Below are positions 28,972 through 39,623 of a stretch of 64,000 bases of DNA, in pieces (positions within the stretch are counted from its first letter, which is position 1; the number at the start of each line of letters is the position of its first letter). The position numbers and the translations under genes were made by a program. This DNA is from Nitrosarchaeum sp. (GTDB lineage Archaea > Thermoproteota > Nitrososphaeria > Nitrososphaerales > Nitrosopumilaceae). The stretch covers positions 192,001-256,000 of the forward strand of contig OZ245020.1 of the NCBI GenBank assembly GCA_965223865.1. Direction: 5' to 3'. The notes beneath the pieces were generated by a model. The model made no database searches. It was not told the origin of the DNA and saw nothing but the letters and a program-made list of their open reading frames with translations.

Positions 28972-29618
28972 ATGACTAAAGCAATTGTTCTTGGTGGTTC
29001 AAGAGGGATCGGTAAGCAATTTCAGATTCTCTTAAATCGATTGGTTGTGATGTGTTTTCAGCATCAAAAAATGATGTTGATACCTCAGATTTACAGAGCG
29101 TAAAAAATTTTTTAGCATCTAATATTGAAACTGACATTTTAGTGCTCAATACAGGTGGGCCCACAGCAAAACAGTTTGCAGAAATAACAGAGGATGATTG
29201 GAAGAAATATCACAATCAATTATTTTTGGGTTTTTGTCAGATTTTACAAAATATCAAAATCCATGAAGATGGGTACATATTTCTAATCAGTTCAAGCGTA
29301 ATAAAAGAACCAAACCCAAAATTAATCATATCATCAGCTTATCGTGCAGCATTTAGTGAAGTGCTAAAGATCCTAAGTAAAGATTATGCAAAACAAAACA
29401 TTAGTTGTATTAACATTGCACCAGGTCCTATCAATACAGATAGAACACAAGAATTGATAGAAAATGTAGAGGAATACAAAAGGTCTCTTCCAATGAACCG
29501 ACTAGGTGAACCTGAAGAGATTGGAAACTTTGTGAAATCAATTGTTGAAAATAAGATAAAGTATCTATCGGGCGTTACAATAAACTTTGATGGTGCAAAT
29601 TCAAACTATGTATTCTGA
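28972..29618 (+). pseudogene. SDR family oxidoreductase, frameshifted
   Basis: MTKAIVLGGSRGIGK at 28972 is out of frame with the 29052-29618 ORF (NTGGP, IAPGPINT); one added base near 29014 joins them. Confidence 0.8.
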
Positions 29619-29620
29619 GA

Positions 29621-30259
29621 TTATTTCTTAAAATCTACATTTGGTGTATCAGGTTGATCTGGGATAACAATTAAGCCACCATCACGTAATTGTTGTAGTA
29701 ATTGCATTACTTCTTTTTCAACCTGTTTTCTTTGAAGACCAGTTTCTTTTGCAAAAATTTCAACTAATTCAGTTACTTTGCGTTGTCCGTTGCATGACTT
29801 CCAAAAGTTAACAATAGCTTGATTTACCATGAATCCTTGATCATGTTCGTTTGCCAAAACCATAGAACCATCTTCTTGTTGAACTAGTTTTCCTACTCCT
29901 TGAGGTAATGCAGATTCATAATTAATGGGTGCAGGAGTATTCATTCCAGCTCCCATGTTTTTTATTTTGATTTTTGCCTCTTCAGACATTTTATCCATTG
30001 ACCAAGGAGGGTCCCATACAATGTCTATTTTGACATTATTTACTCCTGGTACTTTTTTCACATATCTTGTGGCATCTTGAACCAGAGTTTCATGAAGTGG
30101 ACAACCTTGAGTTGTCATAGTCATTTTGATATTAACATCATTATTGTCTTCAACATCTATTCCATAAATCAAGCCCATCTCTACAATGTTTAGGGGAACT
30201 TCAGGGTCCATACATTTTTTTAAAGAATCTTCTACAGCTTCCGCAGTAACTATACTCAT
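29621..30259 (-). CDS. DUF59/SufT Fe-S assembly factor fused to a PqqD-like domain
   Basis: DPEVPLNIVEMGLIY, TTQGCP and WDPPW motifs; C-terminal PqqD-like helices. Confidence 0.88.
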   Translation of the reverse strand: MSIVTAEAVEDSLKKCMDPEVPLNIVEMGLIYGIDVEDNNDVNIKMTMTTQGCPLHETLVQDATRYVKKVPGVNNVKIDIVWDPPWSMDKMSEEAKIKIKNMGAGMNTPAPINYESALPQGVGKLVQQEDGSMVLANEHDQGFMVNQAIVNFWKSCNGQRKVTELVEIFAKETGLQRKQVEKEVMQLLQQLRDGGLIVIPDQPDTPNVDFKK

Positions 30260-30298
30260 ATTGTTTAGGGCAGTCTGAAAAACAATAAAAACTTTCTA

Positions 30299-31360
30299 TT
30301 AATTAGCTTCAAATAATTTTCTAATTGATTCCTCAAAAGGAGGTTTTGCCACACCTTTTTCTGTGATAATTCCAGATATTAATTCTGGAGGTGTCATATC
30401 AAATGCTGGATTTATGACATTAATATCATCAGGAGCGGTTTTTTTATCACCAATTCCAGTGACCTCAGTTCCTTTTCTCATTTCAATGGTAACTTCTTTA
30501 AAATCACTTTCCATATCAAAAGTTGATAACGGTGCTGCAACATAAAATGGAATTCCATGTTGTTTTGCCATAGTTGCTACTTGATAGGTTCCAATCTTGT
30601 TAAAGACGTGTCCAGTTTTAACAATTCTATCAGCTCCTACAACCACTTTGTCAACTAAACCGTTTGCCATACTATATCCCACAGCTGTATCTGGAATCAA
30701 GCTAACATCAAATCCATCATGTTTTAATTCAAATGCAGTTAATCTTGAACCCTGTTGAACAGGTCTTGTTTCTGTGGCAATGACTTTAACATTTTTTCCA
30801 CTCTCTTTTGTTGCTCTGATTACTCCTAATGCTGTACCGTAGGCTACTGTAGCTAGAGCACCAGCATTACAATGAGTCATTATCGTATCATTATCATCAA
30901 ATAATTCTGAACCATTTTTTCCCATTGTTTTATTTATTTCAATATCTTCGTCAGCCATTCTTTTTGCTTCATTAATTACACCTTCTTTGATTTTTGCTAT
31001 AGAGTATTCAGAGTTTGCAACTTTCATTATTTGGTTCAAACCCCAAGCAAGATTTACTGCAGTAGGCCTAGTTGCAAAAAGAATTTTTCTTGCTTTTTCT
31101 AAATCTGAGATCAATTCATCTTTTGTTATTGCCCTGCTTTGTAATGCAGCCAAGGCTAATCCAAATGCTCCAGAAACACCTATTGCAGGAGCCCCTCTTA
31201 CCACTAGAGTTCTAATTGCTTCTGCAACTTGATTAAAGTCATCATATTCTACAAAAACAAGTTTGTTAGGAAGTTTAGTTTGATCAATCATTATCACTTT
31301 GTTATTCTTCCATTCTACAGTCCTTAACGATGGATGAATTTTGATGTCAATCTTTTCCAT
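30299..31360 (-). CDS. mtnA: Methylthioribose-1-phosphate isomerase
   Basis: VRGAPAIG, TRPTAVNL, THCNAGALAT, ETRP and NKIGTY motifs. Confidence 0.93.
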   Translation of the reverse strand: MEKIDIKIHPSLRTVEWKNNKVIMIDQTKLPNKLVFVEYDDFNQVAEAIRTLVVRGAPAIGVSGAFGLALAALQSRAITKDELISDLEKARKILFATRPTAVNLAWGLNQIMKVANSEYSIAKIKEGVINEAKRMADEDIEINKTMGKNGSELFDDNDTIMTHCNAGALATVAYGTALGVIRATKESGKNVKVIATETRPVQQGSRLTAFELKHDGFDVSLIPDTAVGYSMANGLVDKVVVGADRIVKTGHVFNKIGTYQVATMAKQHGIPFYVAAPLSTFDMESDFKEVTIEMRKGTEVTGIGDKKTAPDDINVINPAFDMTPPELISGIITEKGVAKPPFEESIRKLFEAN

Positions 31361-31431
31361 TTATGTTAAAAATTTTTAGAACTATATTAAAATCAACTTG
31401 AAGAAATTTTTCCCAAGTATTATATCCTTAG

Positions 31432-32460
31432 TTGATTTTTAAAAAATACTTGCTTGATTTACAAACATTACAAAAATTTGATAGTTACGGCATGTATGAA
31501 ATTTATGATAAATGGTCAGAAATATCTCAAGAATCATTTGATGCACCTTTAGAACCAGTGAAATATCAAGATGTTGATCATATAGTATTTGCTGGAATGG
31601 GTGGATCGGGGGCTATAGGTTCAATTTTTTCCTCAATTCTATCAAAGACCAATGTTCATGTTTCAATTGTGAAAGGGTATATTTTACCAAAAACAGTTGA
31701 TTCTGAGACCCTAGTTGTAACTACTAGTGTATCTGGCAATACTGATGAAACATTAACAATACTAAATTCTGCAAGTAAACAAGATTGTAAAATTATTTCT
31801 TTATCATCTGGAGGAAGAATGGAAAAATTTTGTTTAGAAAATAAGATTGAGTTTAGAAAAATTCCCAAAATACATTCACCTAGAGCATCATTTCCTGGAT
31901 TTTTGTATTCTATGTTAAAAATTTTGAATCCAGTAATACCAATTCCTGAAAACGAAATTTTAGAATCAATTACTGAAATGAAGAAATTGTCTAGCAGTAT
32001 TAATTCAAAAAATTTAACAAATGATAATCCTGCATTAAATTTAGCAGAGTGGATTTCAGGAATTCCTTTAATTTATTATCCTGCAGGATTGCAGGCAGCA
32101 GCAATAAGATTCAAAAATTCATTACAAGAAAATGCGAAATTGCATGCAATCACTGAAGATATTGTTGAGTCTTCTCATAATGGGATTGTTTCATGGGAAC
32201 GACAGAGTAATGTAATTCCAATAATGATTGAGGGTGCAGACGATTATATTAAAACAAAGGAGAGATGGAAAATTATTAAGAGATTTTTTGATGAAAAGAA
32301 AATAAGTTATAGAGAAATTTTTTCCGGCAATGGCAGTATTCTTACAAAATTAGTAAGATTGGTGTATATTTTGGATTATGCTTCTATATACAAAGCTGCA
32401 TTATTAGGAATTGATCCTACTCCTGTAAAATCAATTGAATTTATGAAAGATAAATTATAA
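31432..32460 (+). CDS. Bifunctional phosphoglucose/phosphomannose isomerase (SIS)
   Basis: GMGGSG, SVSGNTDET, PRAS, ENAK and ESSHN motifs. Confidence 0.9.
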   Translation: MIFKKYLLDLQTLQKFDSYGMYEIYDKWSEISQESFDAPLEPVKYQDVDHIVFAGMGGSGAIGSIFSSILSKTNVHVSIVKGYILPKTVDSETLVVTTSVSGNTDETLTILNSASKQDCKIISLSSGGRMEKFCLENKIEFRKIPKIHSPRASFPGFLYSMLKILNPVIPIPENEILESITEMKKLSSSINSKNLTNDNPALNLAEWISGIPLIYYPAGLQAAAIRFKNSLQENAKLHAITEDIVESSHNGIVSWERQSNVIPIMIEGADDYIKTKERWKIIKRFFDEKKISYREIFSGNGSILTKLVRLVYILDYASIYKAALLGIDPTPVKSIEFMKDKL

Positions 32461-32631
32461 TTTCTAACTTGAATTTTTTTGTTACTTTATTGGTATTTGT
32501 AATATTTTCAAAACAGAACCTGAAATGCTGGGTTGATTAGTTAGAAAAGTGATTCAATACCATATTTGTAATCTATATGCTAAATGGCAAAATTTAATGG
32601 TAATTACTAGAAATATTCCGTGTAAAGAATA

Positions 32632-33027
32632 ATGAATTCAAATTGGTTTAGAAGACGTTGGTTTGATTTTAGATTAGGGCATAGTGTCTATTTGATATTT
32701 TTACTATCATTTTCAAATTTTATACTGATTTTCCATAGATTGTTAATAGAGAGAGTAGATTTTCTAAACAATATTTTTTCAGATTTATGGATGTTTATTC
32801 TTCTATTTGTTGTTGTATATTTTCCAATAGCAATTGTAGTTGGAGCATGGCACAGAAAAACTCAGATAAAAATTGAAAATGAACAAGCACTTTTGAATAA
32901 TCCATTCATGGCAAGAAATTTTAGAATGATGATCGATATTATTGAAGGAAAAGCATCAAAAGATGAAATTCAAAAATTTAGAGAGTTTTTGACTAAAATT
33001 GAAAAAAAATCAGATTATGATTTTTAG
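32632..33027 (+). CDS. Two-TM hypothetical protein
   Basis: Clean ORF with two TM helices. Confidence 0.7.
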   Translation: MNSNWFRRRWFDFRLGHSVYLIFLLSFSNFILIFHRLLIERVDFLNNIFSDLWMFILLFVVVYFPIAIVVGAWHRKTQIKIENEQALLNNPFMARNFRMMIDIIEGKASKDEIQKFREFLTKIEKKSDYDF

Positions 33028-33148
33028 TTAAATTATAAACAAGAATATCATCAAATAACTGAATTCATTTTTTGTTTTATTTCACTAAGTTGTAATTTAC
33101 ATAGAAATAAAGTGCTATTGTATTTTTTAAAGATGAACCAAAATATGA

Positions 33149-35284
33149 TTAATTTAATTTGATTGATATTTGTTGATAGTCTTTGTTTACTTCATAAACA
33201 AAGACTCCTATCATTGGACCTGATTTTTCATTTATGTATCCAGGAGAAGAATAAACTAATTTTAAGGGTCCATTTCCATCAGAGGGAAACTTGATCTCTT
33301 TTACATAAATGGGTGTTAATCCAGGAAAGTAAGTATCAGATTGTATGTTACTATTTAGAAGATCAACATAACCAATAACGGTAAATGGAAACATTTGGCC
33401 TAATAGAGTATTGTTCCAAAAATAATCAGTTCCGCTTATTCCATCTGAATAAAGATATTTTTCTAGTGGTTCTTCAGCAATTCTCATAAACCACTGCTTT
33501 TTAGACTCATCTCCACCACCTTCAAGAAGATATAGAGATTCTTCTGAAATAACATCAATTTTTTGTCCTGCTACAAAGACTAGTACATAATCAGCATCCA
33601 TTTCTTCTAACATTCTCCAAGCCTCATCAGGGGGGCTAAGAAACATTTTTGCAATTTCAGAAATTTTTTTGGAATCTATTGTTGCATTGTCTGCTACAGT
33701 TGTCCTTTCTGATAACGTAGTAATCCAATACCCATAATCCCACCAACCAGCAATCACTGAATCCTCTGGAGTATTTTCCTTTATCCAATGTAAGGAATCT
33801 TTCCAATCATCAGTAACAATAGGGTATACAGATCCACCATTTAGAATCGTTGCAGGATTTTTTACACTGTCAATCCAATTTCCATTTGCCGGTATAATTA
33901 GTGGAGAAAAAAGTAGAATAGTTATCACTATAAAATATGAAATCTTTGCAGTACTTTTGATTTGGAGTTCAGGATTTCGTTGAAAAGTTTCTTTTGTAAG
34001 AAGAGATAAACCAAGGGATGCGAGAATTATGATTGAAACTGATGCAAAAACTTCTAGACGAACAAATGTTGAACTTACATATACTCCCATTAGGCCGATT
34101 ATCAGGGTAAATCCTATCAAATCATTATTTTGATTATTAAATTTTCTACGTAGAAGTAGCCATACTCCAATTCCAGCAAAAATTATCAATATTGAGTGAA
34201 AGAAGAATGATTGTGCTAAGTTTGTGGTGGCATGTTCTGAAACAGAATCAACTAGAGGATCGGTAGTAGTAAGGAATGGATTAATGGCATTAAGATATCG
34301 ATAGCTTGGTAGAGGTAAGAATTCAGTATCAATATTTACGACAATTAAAACAGAACCAATTGTTATGATTATAAATAGAAAAATTAGTCCATTCCTTGTT
34401 TGATTTTTAGTATTGCTAATCTTTTGAATAATTGTATTAGTTACTAGAAATATAGTTGGAACGATAAGTGAGAATCCTCCTAATCCAAAAACAAATTCCA
34501 TTCCTGGCCTCTCAAATAAACCAGCAGTAATCAGAAAAGAGGTTACAAACAGTGGAATGCTCCAGATTAAGAAAGAATGATCCTTTCTAAGAAAGGGAAG
34601 AACAAGAATAAAAATTCCAATAGGAATTACAAAAAATTGAATGCCACCCCAAGAAGATAATCCAAATGACAACAGAACTCCTCCTGCAACTAATTTTGAA
34701 ATTGTAACTTTCTTATTTTCAGATTTGATTCCGCTGAGAAACAGATACAATCCAAGTAATCCATAAAAAAGTCCCAAAGGTTCTGATTTGAACCAACCAA
34801 TTGTACCTCTAATTACGATTGGAATCGATACTGAGAAAAATAATGCAGCAAAGAGACCTGCGGTTGTTCCACCAATTACCCTAACTAGTGCAAAAATAAT
34901 AATTGTAGTCAAGGATCCAAATACTACCGGAAATAAGATGGTAAAATCATAAAGACTTGAATTTCCTCCAAAAAATTGATAGGTCAAAGCAGCAGTTATG
35001 TGAAGCATTGTTTGTGAAGTTGCAGAGACATCTCTTCCATTGGGATGCCAGCTCATATCATCGTGCCAACTAAAATATGCAGATGGACCGTTTTCTAGAA
35101 GATATTGAGTTGCTCTGAAATTAAAAAAAGGATCAAATTCGTTTAGTTCATATCCATACTCAGCCCCTTGGGAACGAATCATAAATGAAATTGAGAAGGC
35201 AATTATCAAAATTCCAATTACAAGTAAATGGCGTAACTTAAAGTCAAAATTTCCAATTTTGACTTGGTTAGAATATGAATGCAA
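33149..35284 (-). CDS. aglB: Oligosaccharyltransferase AglB (STT3)
   Basis: EFDPFF, SVSEH, WWDYG and ADNAT motifs; many TM helices. Confidence 0.95.
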   Translation of the reverse strand: MHSYSNQVKIGNFDFKLRHLLVIGILIIAFSISFMIRSQGAEYGYELNEFDPFFNFRATQYLLENGPSAYFSWHDDMSWHPNGRDVSATSQTMLHITAALTYQFFGGNSSLYDFTILFPVVFGSLTTIIIFALVRVIGGTTAGLFAALFFSVSIPIVIRGTIGWFKSEPLGLFYGLLGLYLFLSGIKSENKKVTISKLVAGGVLLSFGLSSWGGIQFFVIPIGIFILVLPFLRKDHSFLIWSIPLFVTSFLITAGLFERPGMEFVFGLGGFSLIVPTIFLVTNTIIQKISNTKNQTRNGLIFLFIIITIGSVLIVVNIDTEFLPLPSYRYLNAINPFLTTTDPLVDSVSEHATTNLAQSFFFHSILIIFAGIGVWLLLRRKFNNQNNDLIGFTLIIGLMGVYVSSTFVRLEVFASVSIIILASLGLSLLTKETFQRNPELQIKSTAKISYFIVITILLFSPLIIPANGNWIDSVKNPATILNGGSVYPIVTDDWKDSLHWIKENTPEDSVIAGWWDYGYWITTLSERTTVADNATIDSKKISEIAKMFLSPPDEAWRMLEEMDADYVLVFVAGQKIDVISEESLYLLEGGGDESKKQWFMRIAEEPLEKYLYSDGISGTDYFWNNTLLGQMFPFTVIGYVDLLNSNIQSDTYFPGLTPIYVKEIKFPSDGNGPLKLVYSSPGYINEKSGPMIGVFVYEVNKDYQQISIKLN

Positions 35285-35360
35285 TCATTTTCGTGTTACC
35301 TAGATTCTTTATTACGCTTTTGTAGAACTGATAACAAAAGTTGATAGATTGTAAATTGTT

Positions 35361-37025
35361 CTACATAACAGCTTGTGCTGCATCGTGGAACATCTGACTT
35401 TTTGCACAGCCAGCAGCAAGTTCATCACCTGCGCCACGTCTCATAAGACCTCTGTAAAGACCATCTTCTAGTTTGACACCTTCTCTTTGTTCCCATTCCT
35501 CTACTGTAATAGAGTATTTCTTTTGGATTCTATCTCTATACCATTCTGGAATTACATTAAATGCACAAAATGGAACTATTCTAAGGTCCGGAGTAAGATA
35601 GTGAATATCACATCTTTGTAACCTTTCCAAGTCTTCATTGTATTTGTCTTGAAAGTGCATCATACCAAGGAATAATCCTTTGACATGCCATGAACCAACT
35701 GCATCAAATGATCTCTTCATAAGGATATTACCAAACATCTTTGCCAAATCTAATCCTGCCGGTTGTTTCTTGGAATCAACAAATCCCTTGAGTTTTCTTA
35801 CAACTTCAAGCATTGTAAAGTACTTGTTTTTACCAGAACGAATCTCTTCTGCTTTATCTTCGAAGAGTTCTAGTATTCCTTGAATGTCACAGAATTTTGT
35901 TAATGGAACAAACTTCTTTGTTTCTTCATCTTCAAAGATGTATGTCCCTGCACCACAAGCAAAGTGAATTGATAATTCATACTTTGGTTTGCTTGAAAAT
36001 GCCTCAATTACATTTGTTAGTGGCATGCAACTTGGAACTGGGAACCAGTCATCAACTGTTACTTCACCATTTGTTTGCTCTTCAATTCTTTGGATACAAT
36101 CAGGAACTGTGATTCTATATTTTTCACGTTCGGATTTACCCATTCTACCAGTTAGTGATACTGGTTGGAAATTTACAGCATGAACCACATCCATGTTCTT
36201 TTGAGCATATCTGATTATTCCACCTAATTCATGATCATTAATTGATTTGATAACAGTTGGAACAAATACTACTGTAGTTCCTGTTTTTCTGCAACTATCA
36301 AGTGCATATGGAATTTCCCAGTGATTCTTTGGGTTTGTTCTTGCGGTTACACCATCAAAACTAAGATACAAGTTGTTACATCCGGCAAGTCTTACTTCTC
36401 TTGCAGCCTCTGGATCCATTGCATGTCTGATACCATTGGTGTTCATTTGTATGTGATCAACACCTTCTTCTTTCATAATTTTGATAACATCAGTAATATC
36501 ATCTCTAAGCATTGGTTCACCACCAGTAATTTGCATAGAGTTTCCTGGAATTGGTCTTTCAGCCTTTAGAGTTTTCATCATTGCTCTGACTTGAGTGTGA
36601 TCTGGTTCATACATGTAGGCGCCTTCAAGACCTTTCTTTACATAAAAAAAGCAATACCAACATGTCAAGTCACATCTATTGGTAACAATCATGTTTGCAA
36701 GTCCACTGTGAGATAGGTGGTTTGAACATAATCCGCAGTTATTTGGACATGAGCATTTGTCAATCATTACGTTTGGAGCATGAGCACCTTTGCCATCCAT
36801 CCAATAGGTACTGAATTTCTTGTACATCTCATAGGAACCAAAGTATAGTTCCTCACATTCTCCGTGGGTTGGACAAATCTTTGACATGTAGACTTTGTTA
36901 TCTCTTTCAAAGACTTCAGCGTCTAAAATCATGTTACAATCTGGACAAATACTTTGAGTAAATCTAATAGTGGATTTCTTTCCTAGACTTTTAGTGGATT
37001 GGTTTGAAATTTGAATTAGTGCCAT
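35361..37025 (-). CDS. tes: Tetraether lipid synthase (radical SAM, Tes/GDGT-MAS)
   Basis: N-terminal SICPDC...CPTHG, CPNNCGLCSNH, CDLTCWYC, HFACG, MHFQD, RCDIHY and PFCAFN. Confidence 0.9.
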   Translation of the reverse strand: MALIQISNQSTKSLGKKSTIRFTQSICPDCNMILDAEVFERDNKVYMSKICPTHGECEELYFGSYEMYKKFSTYWMDGKGAHAPNVMIDKCSCPNNCGLCSNHLSHSGLANMIVTNRCDLTCWYCFFYVKKGLEGAYMYEPDHTQVRAMMKTLKAERPIPGNSMQITGGEPMLRDDITDVIKIMKEEGVDHIQMNTNGIRHAMDPEAAREVRLAGCNNLYLSFDGVTARTNPKNHWEIPYALDSCRKTGTTVVFVPTVIKSINDHELGGIIRYAQKNMDVVHAVNFQPVSLTGRMGKSEREKYRITVPDCIQRIEEQTNGEVTVDDWFPVPSCMPLTNVIEAFSSKPKYELSIHFACGAGTYIFEDEETKKFVPLTKFCDIQGILELFEDKAEEIRSGKNKYFTMLEVVRKLKGFVDSKKQPAGLDLAKMFGNILMKRSFDAVGSWHVKGLFLGMMHFQDKYNEDLERLQRCDIHYLTPDLRIVPFCAFNVIPEWYRDRIQKKYSITVEEWEQREGVKLEDGLYRGLMRRGAGDELAAGCAKSQMFHDAAQAVM

Positions 37026-37141
37026 GCCTACATTGGGCAATTTTCAGAAATAGTATATAATGCATTTCACACTTGCCCCCGTGTGGAATTTAGGATGTAA
37101 GCATATCTGATTTAAATATCAAAACTGATCGATTAGATCGC

Positions 37142-37912
37142 ATGAGCATATCTGATAAAACAAGGAAGGCTCTAGAGAAAATTGGTCTAACAAGTTATGA
37201 GATCAGGACATTTTCATCATTGTTAAAAGCTGGAGGGTTAACAGCATCAGATCTTAGCCAAAAATCAGGTGTGCCCTATTCAAAAATTTACGAGGTGCTT
37301 GGAACATTGGAGGATAAGGGTTGGATTGGTTCGGATGATTCAAGGCCAACAAAATATTTTGCAAAGTCACCTGCTACTGGATTAGAAACAACAAAACAGA
37401 AAATGGAAAATGATTTTTCACAAAATCAAAGCGTTATTTTAAATGAACTTGTTCCACTATATGAAAAAAGTGGAACAAGTGAGAGACCTGATATTTGGGT
37501 GTTATCTGGTGCAATAAATATTGCAGCAAAAATTTTGGAAATGGTAGAAACTTGTAGAAATGAAGTAATGATTGCATTGCCCGAAGCTGGTGAAGAACTA
37601 GTTAAACAAGCATTACCAAAATTACGTTCACTGCACGACAAAGGAGTAGACATTACAATTCTTACGTCAGATAAAATGAATAAAGAATCAATCAAAGCAA
37701 TTTCAAGGGTTGCAACTGTAAAAATCAAAAAAGGATTGTTTGGTGGAGGAATAATCTCAGATAAACGTTATGTAGTAATTTTATTAGGACCACCTGAAAT
37801 GGGAGGAGTAAATTCTTCAGAAGTTGTTGCGATTTGGGCAGATCATGCAGGACTAGCAAGATTTGCACGACTGTACTTTGAATATTTATTAAAAGATTCG
37901 AAGAAGGTATGA
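37142..37912 (+). CDS. TrmB family transcription regulator
   Basis: GLTSYE...SGVPYSKIYEVLGTLEDKGW. Confidence 0.92.
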   Translation: MSISDKTRKALEKIGLTSYEIRTFSSLLKAGGLTASDLSQKSGVPYSKIYEVLGTLEDKGWIGSDDSRPTKYFAKSPATGLETTKQKMENDFSQNQSVILNELVPLYEKSGTSERPDIWVLSGAINIAAKILEMVETCRNEVMIALPEAGEELVKQALPKLRSLHDKGVDITILTSDKMNKESIKAISRVATVKIKKGLFGGGIISDKRYVVILLGPPEMGGVNSSEVVAIWADHAGLARFARLYFEYLLKDSKKV

Positions 37913-37913
37913 T

Positions 37914-38363
37914 ATGGACGAAGAAAACGAAGAGACTCTTTTTGTAGGAACTGCAGAAGCTGAACATGTAGAGATGTATCTTAAGGCAATTTGGCACATA
38001 AAGGAGAGAGGAGAAGAAGTTAAAATTAGTACTATTGCAAAAATGCTAAATGTAAGACAGCCAAGTGTTGTTCAAATGCTCAAAAAACTAAATGGTCAAA
38101 ATCTTGTAAATTACAACAAGGCAGGGGTTACACTTACTGAAGATGGTGAAAGAATAGGCGCTAGTATGATGAGAAATAGTAGATTACTTGAAGTTTTGAT
38201 GGATAGTGCACTCAAAGTTGAAATTGATGAAGAGATGGTTTGCGGAATTGAACATCACATGAATAAACAATTTACTGATGCACTTTGTACTATGCTAAAG
38301 CATCCAAGAATGTGCCCACATGATCATGAAATTCCAATGGGTGAATGCTGCAAGTTAGCATAA
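37914..38363 (+). CDS. DtxR/MntR metal-dependent regulator
   Basis: EMYLKAI, PSVVQMLKKL, CGIEH and CPH motifs. Confidence 0.92.
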   Translation: MDEENEETLFVGTAEAEHVEMYLKAIWHIKERGEEVKISTIAKMLNVRQPSVVQMLKKLNGQNLVNYNKAGVTLTEDGERIGASMMRNSRLLEVLMDSALKVEIDEEMVCGIEHHMNKQFTDALCTMLKHPRMCPHDHEIPMGECCKLA

Positions 38364-38419
38364 ATTCAAAGTAATTTTTTATCCCAAGAGATATATCATC
38401 TAGTAATTTAGAAAAAAAC

Positions 38420-38584
38420 ATGGCGTGTTTCTGTGGATGTGAAACATATCAAAAAGATGATAATGGTTTCAAAGTTGCTTGTGTAAAATGTGGTCATGGA
38501 CCGCAGAATCATGATAATGAGTTTAGAGAGGCTGCAAGAAAGAATGAATCACAAAGTCAGAAACGTGATGCAGATTTTGGATGA
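38420..38584 (+). CDS. 54-aa Cys/His microprotein (MACFCGC...CVKCGHGPQNH...)
   Basis: Own translation; below the ORF-track cutoff; fills the intergenic space exactly. Confidence 0.7.
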   Translation: MACFCGCETYQKDDNGFKVACVKCGHGPQNHDNEFREAARKNESQSQKRDADFG

Positions 38585-39004
38585 TTATTCGCCAATTATT
38601 TTTACTAAAACTCTTTTTGGACGTCTACCATCAAATTCTCCATAGAAAATTTGTTCCCAAGGACCAAAATCTAGTTCTCCATTAGTAATTGCAACAACTA
38701 CTTCTCTTCCCATAACTTGTCGTTTAAGGTGAGCATCTGCATTGTCTTCACCAGTTTTGTTATGATCATACTGACTAATTGGTTCGTGTGGAGCTAGTCC
38801 TTCTAACCATTTTTCATAATCATTATGTAATCCAGTTTCATTGTCATTGATGAAAACACTTGCAGTTATGTGCATAGCATTAACAAGACAGAATCCCTCC
38901 TTCACTTTGCTTTTTGAAACTAATTTTCTAATATCAGGAGTGATATTCACAAAAGCTCTTCTAGTTTTTACATTAAATGTAAGATATTCTGTTAAGGATT
39001 TCAT
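38585..39004 (-). CDS. YjbQ/UPF0047 family protein
   Basis: HITASV, NADAHLK and [13 protein letters not shown] motifs. Confidence 0.92.
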   Translation of the reverse strand: MKSLTEYLTFNVKTRRAFVNITPDIRKLVSKSKVKEGFCLVNAMHITASVFINDNETGLHNDYEKWLEGLAPHEPISQYDHNKTGEDNADAHLKRQVMGREVVVAITNGELDFGPWEQIFYGEFDGRRPKRVLVKIIGE

Positions 39005-39039
39005 GAAATTAAATCATTATAGAGGAATAAAAATTCTGA

Positions 39040-39099
39040 GCAGGCTCAGAACTCAAGATCCTCATCATCACTCAAAGGGATAGGTTCATCACTGCCTGC
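39040..39099 (-). ncRNA. Box C/D guide sRNA
   Basis: GCAGGC-A-GTGATGA(C)-ACCTATCCCT-TTGA(D')-GTG-ATGATGA(C')-GGATCTTGAGTT-CTGA(D)-GCCTGC with a perfect 6-bp terminal stem. Confidence 0.88.
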
Positions 39100-39174
39100 A
39101 AGGCATGATTTGGGAAAATAGTAATTGAGTCTTTCAAGAAGCTTGATAAATGGCAAGTTGTTTATTCATTCAAA

Positions 39175-39591
39175 ATGGTAACGATAGATACTCCAGCCTC
39201 ACTTGAAAGTTTTAGGAGATTCATCATTTCTAGTACCTGTAAGTCCTATGCTCCTAGAAGTTATTTGGATGATTTTGAGGTATTTGCTGAAAGAGAAGAT
39301 AACCTAGGTTCAATCTATGTTGAAGCAGCAGATAAGGTTACTCTAAAAAAAATTCGCGATATTACATTTGTTAATGCTAGAGATGTTCTAGGAATTATTT
39401 ATAATTCAAAGAGTGGAAATACCTCACTGAGATGGCGTCAAATTAAAAGAAACCATGGAAAAGTTACAGGCGAGGCATCTGCAAATTCATTAACAAATCT
39501 TGCCGAAGCAGGAGTTCTAACCCTAGATTGGGTAGAAAGTTATCTAAAGAAAAAAACTGAAGAAACAAAGACAAATGAAGTTACAAGTTAA
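39175..39591 (+). CDS. Hypothetical protein
   Basis: Clean ORF within the core block. Confidence 0.75.
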   Translation: MVTIDTPASLESFRRFIISSTCKSYAPRSYLDDFEVFAEREDNLGSIYVEAADKVTLKKIRDITFVNARDVLGIIYNSKSGNTSLRWRQIKRNHGKVTGEASANSLTNLAEAGVLTLDWVESYLKKKTEETKTNEVTS

Positions 39592-39623
39592 ACCCTTTTC
39601 TTTTCATAAATAAATCCCCTATC

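Noticed and set aside
39030-39110. TPP riboswitch upstream of the YjbQ gene
   Set aside because: It lacks the TPP core motifs and fits box C/D architecture fully.
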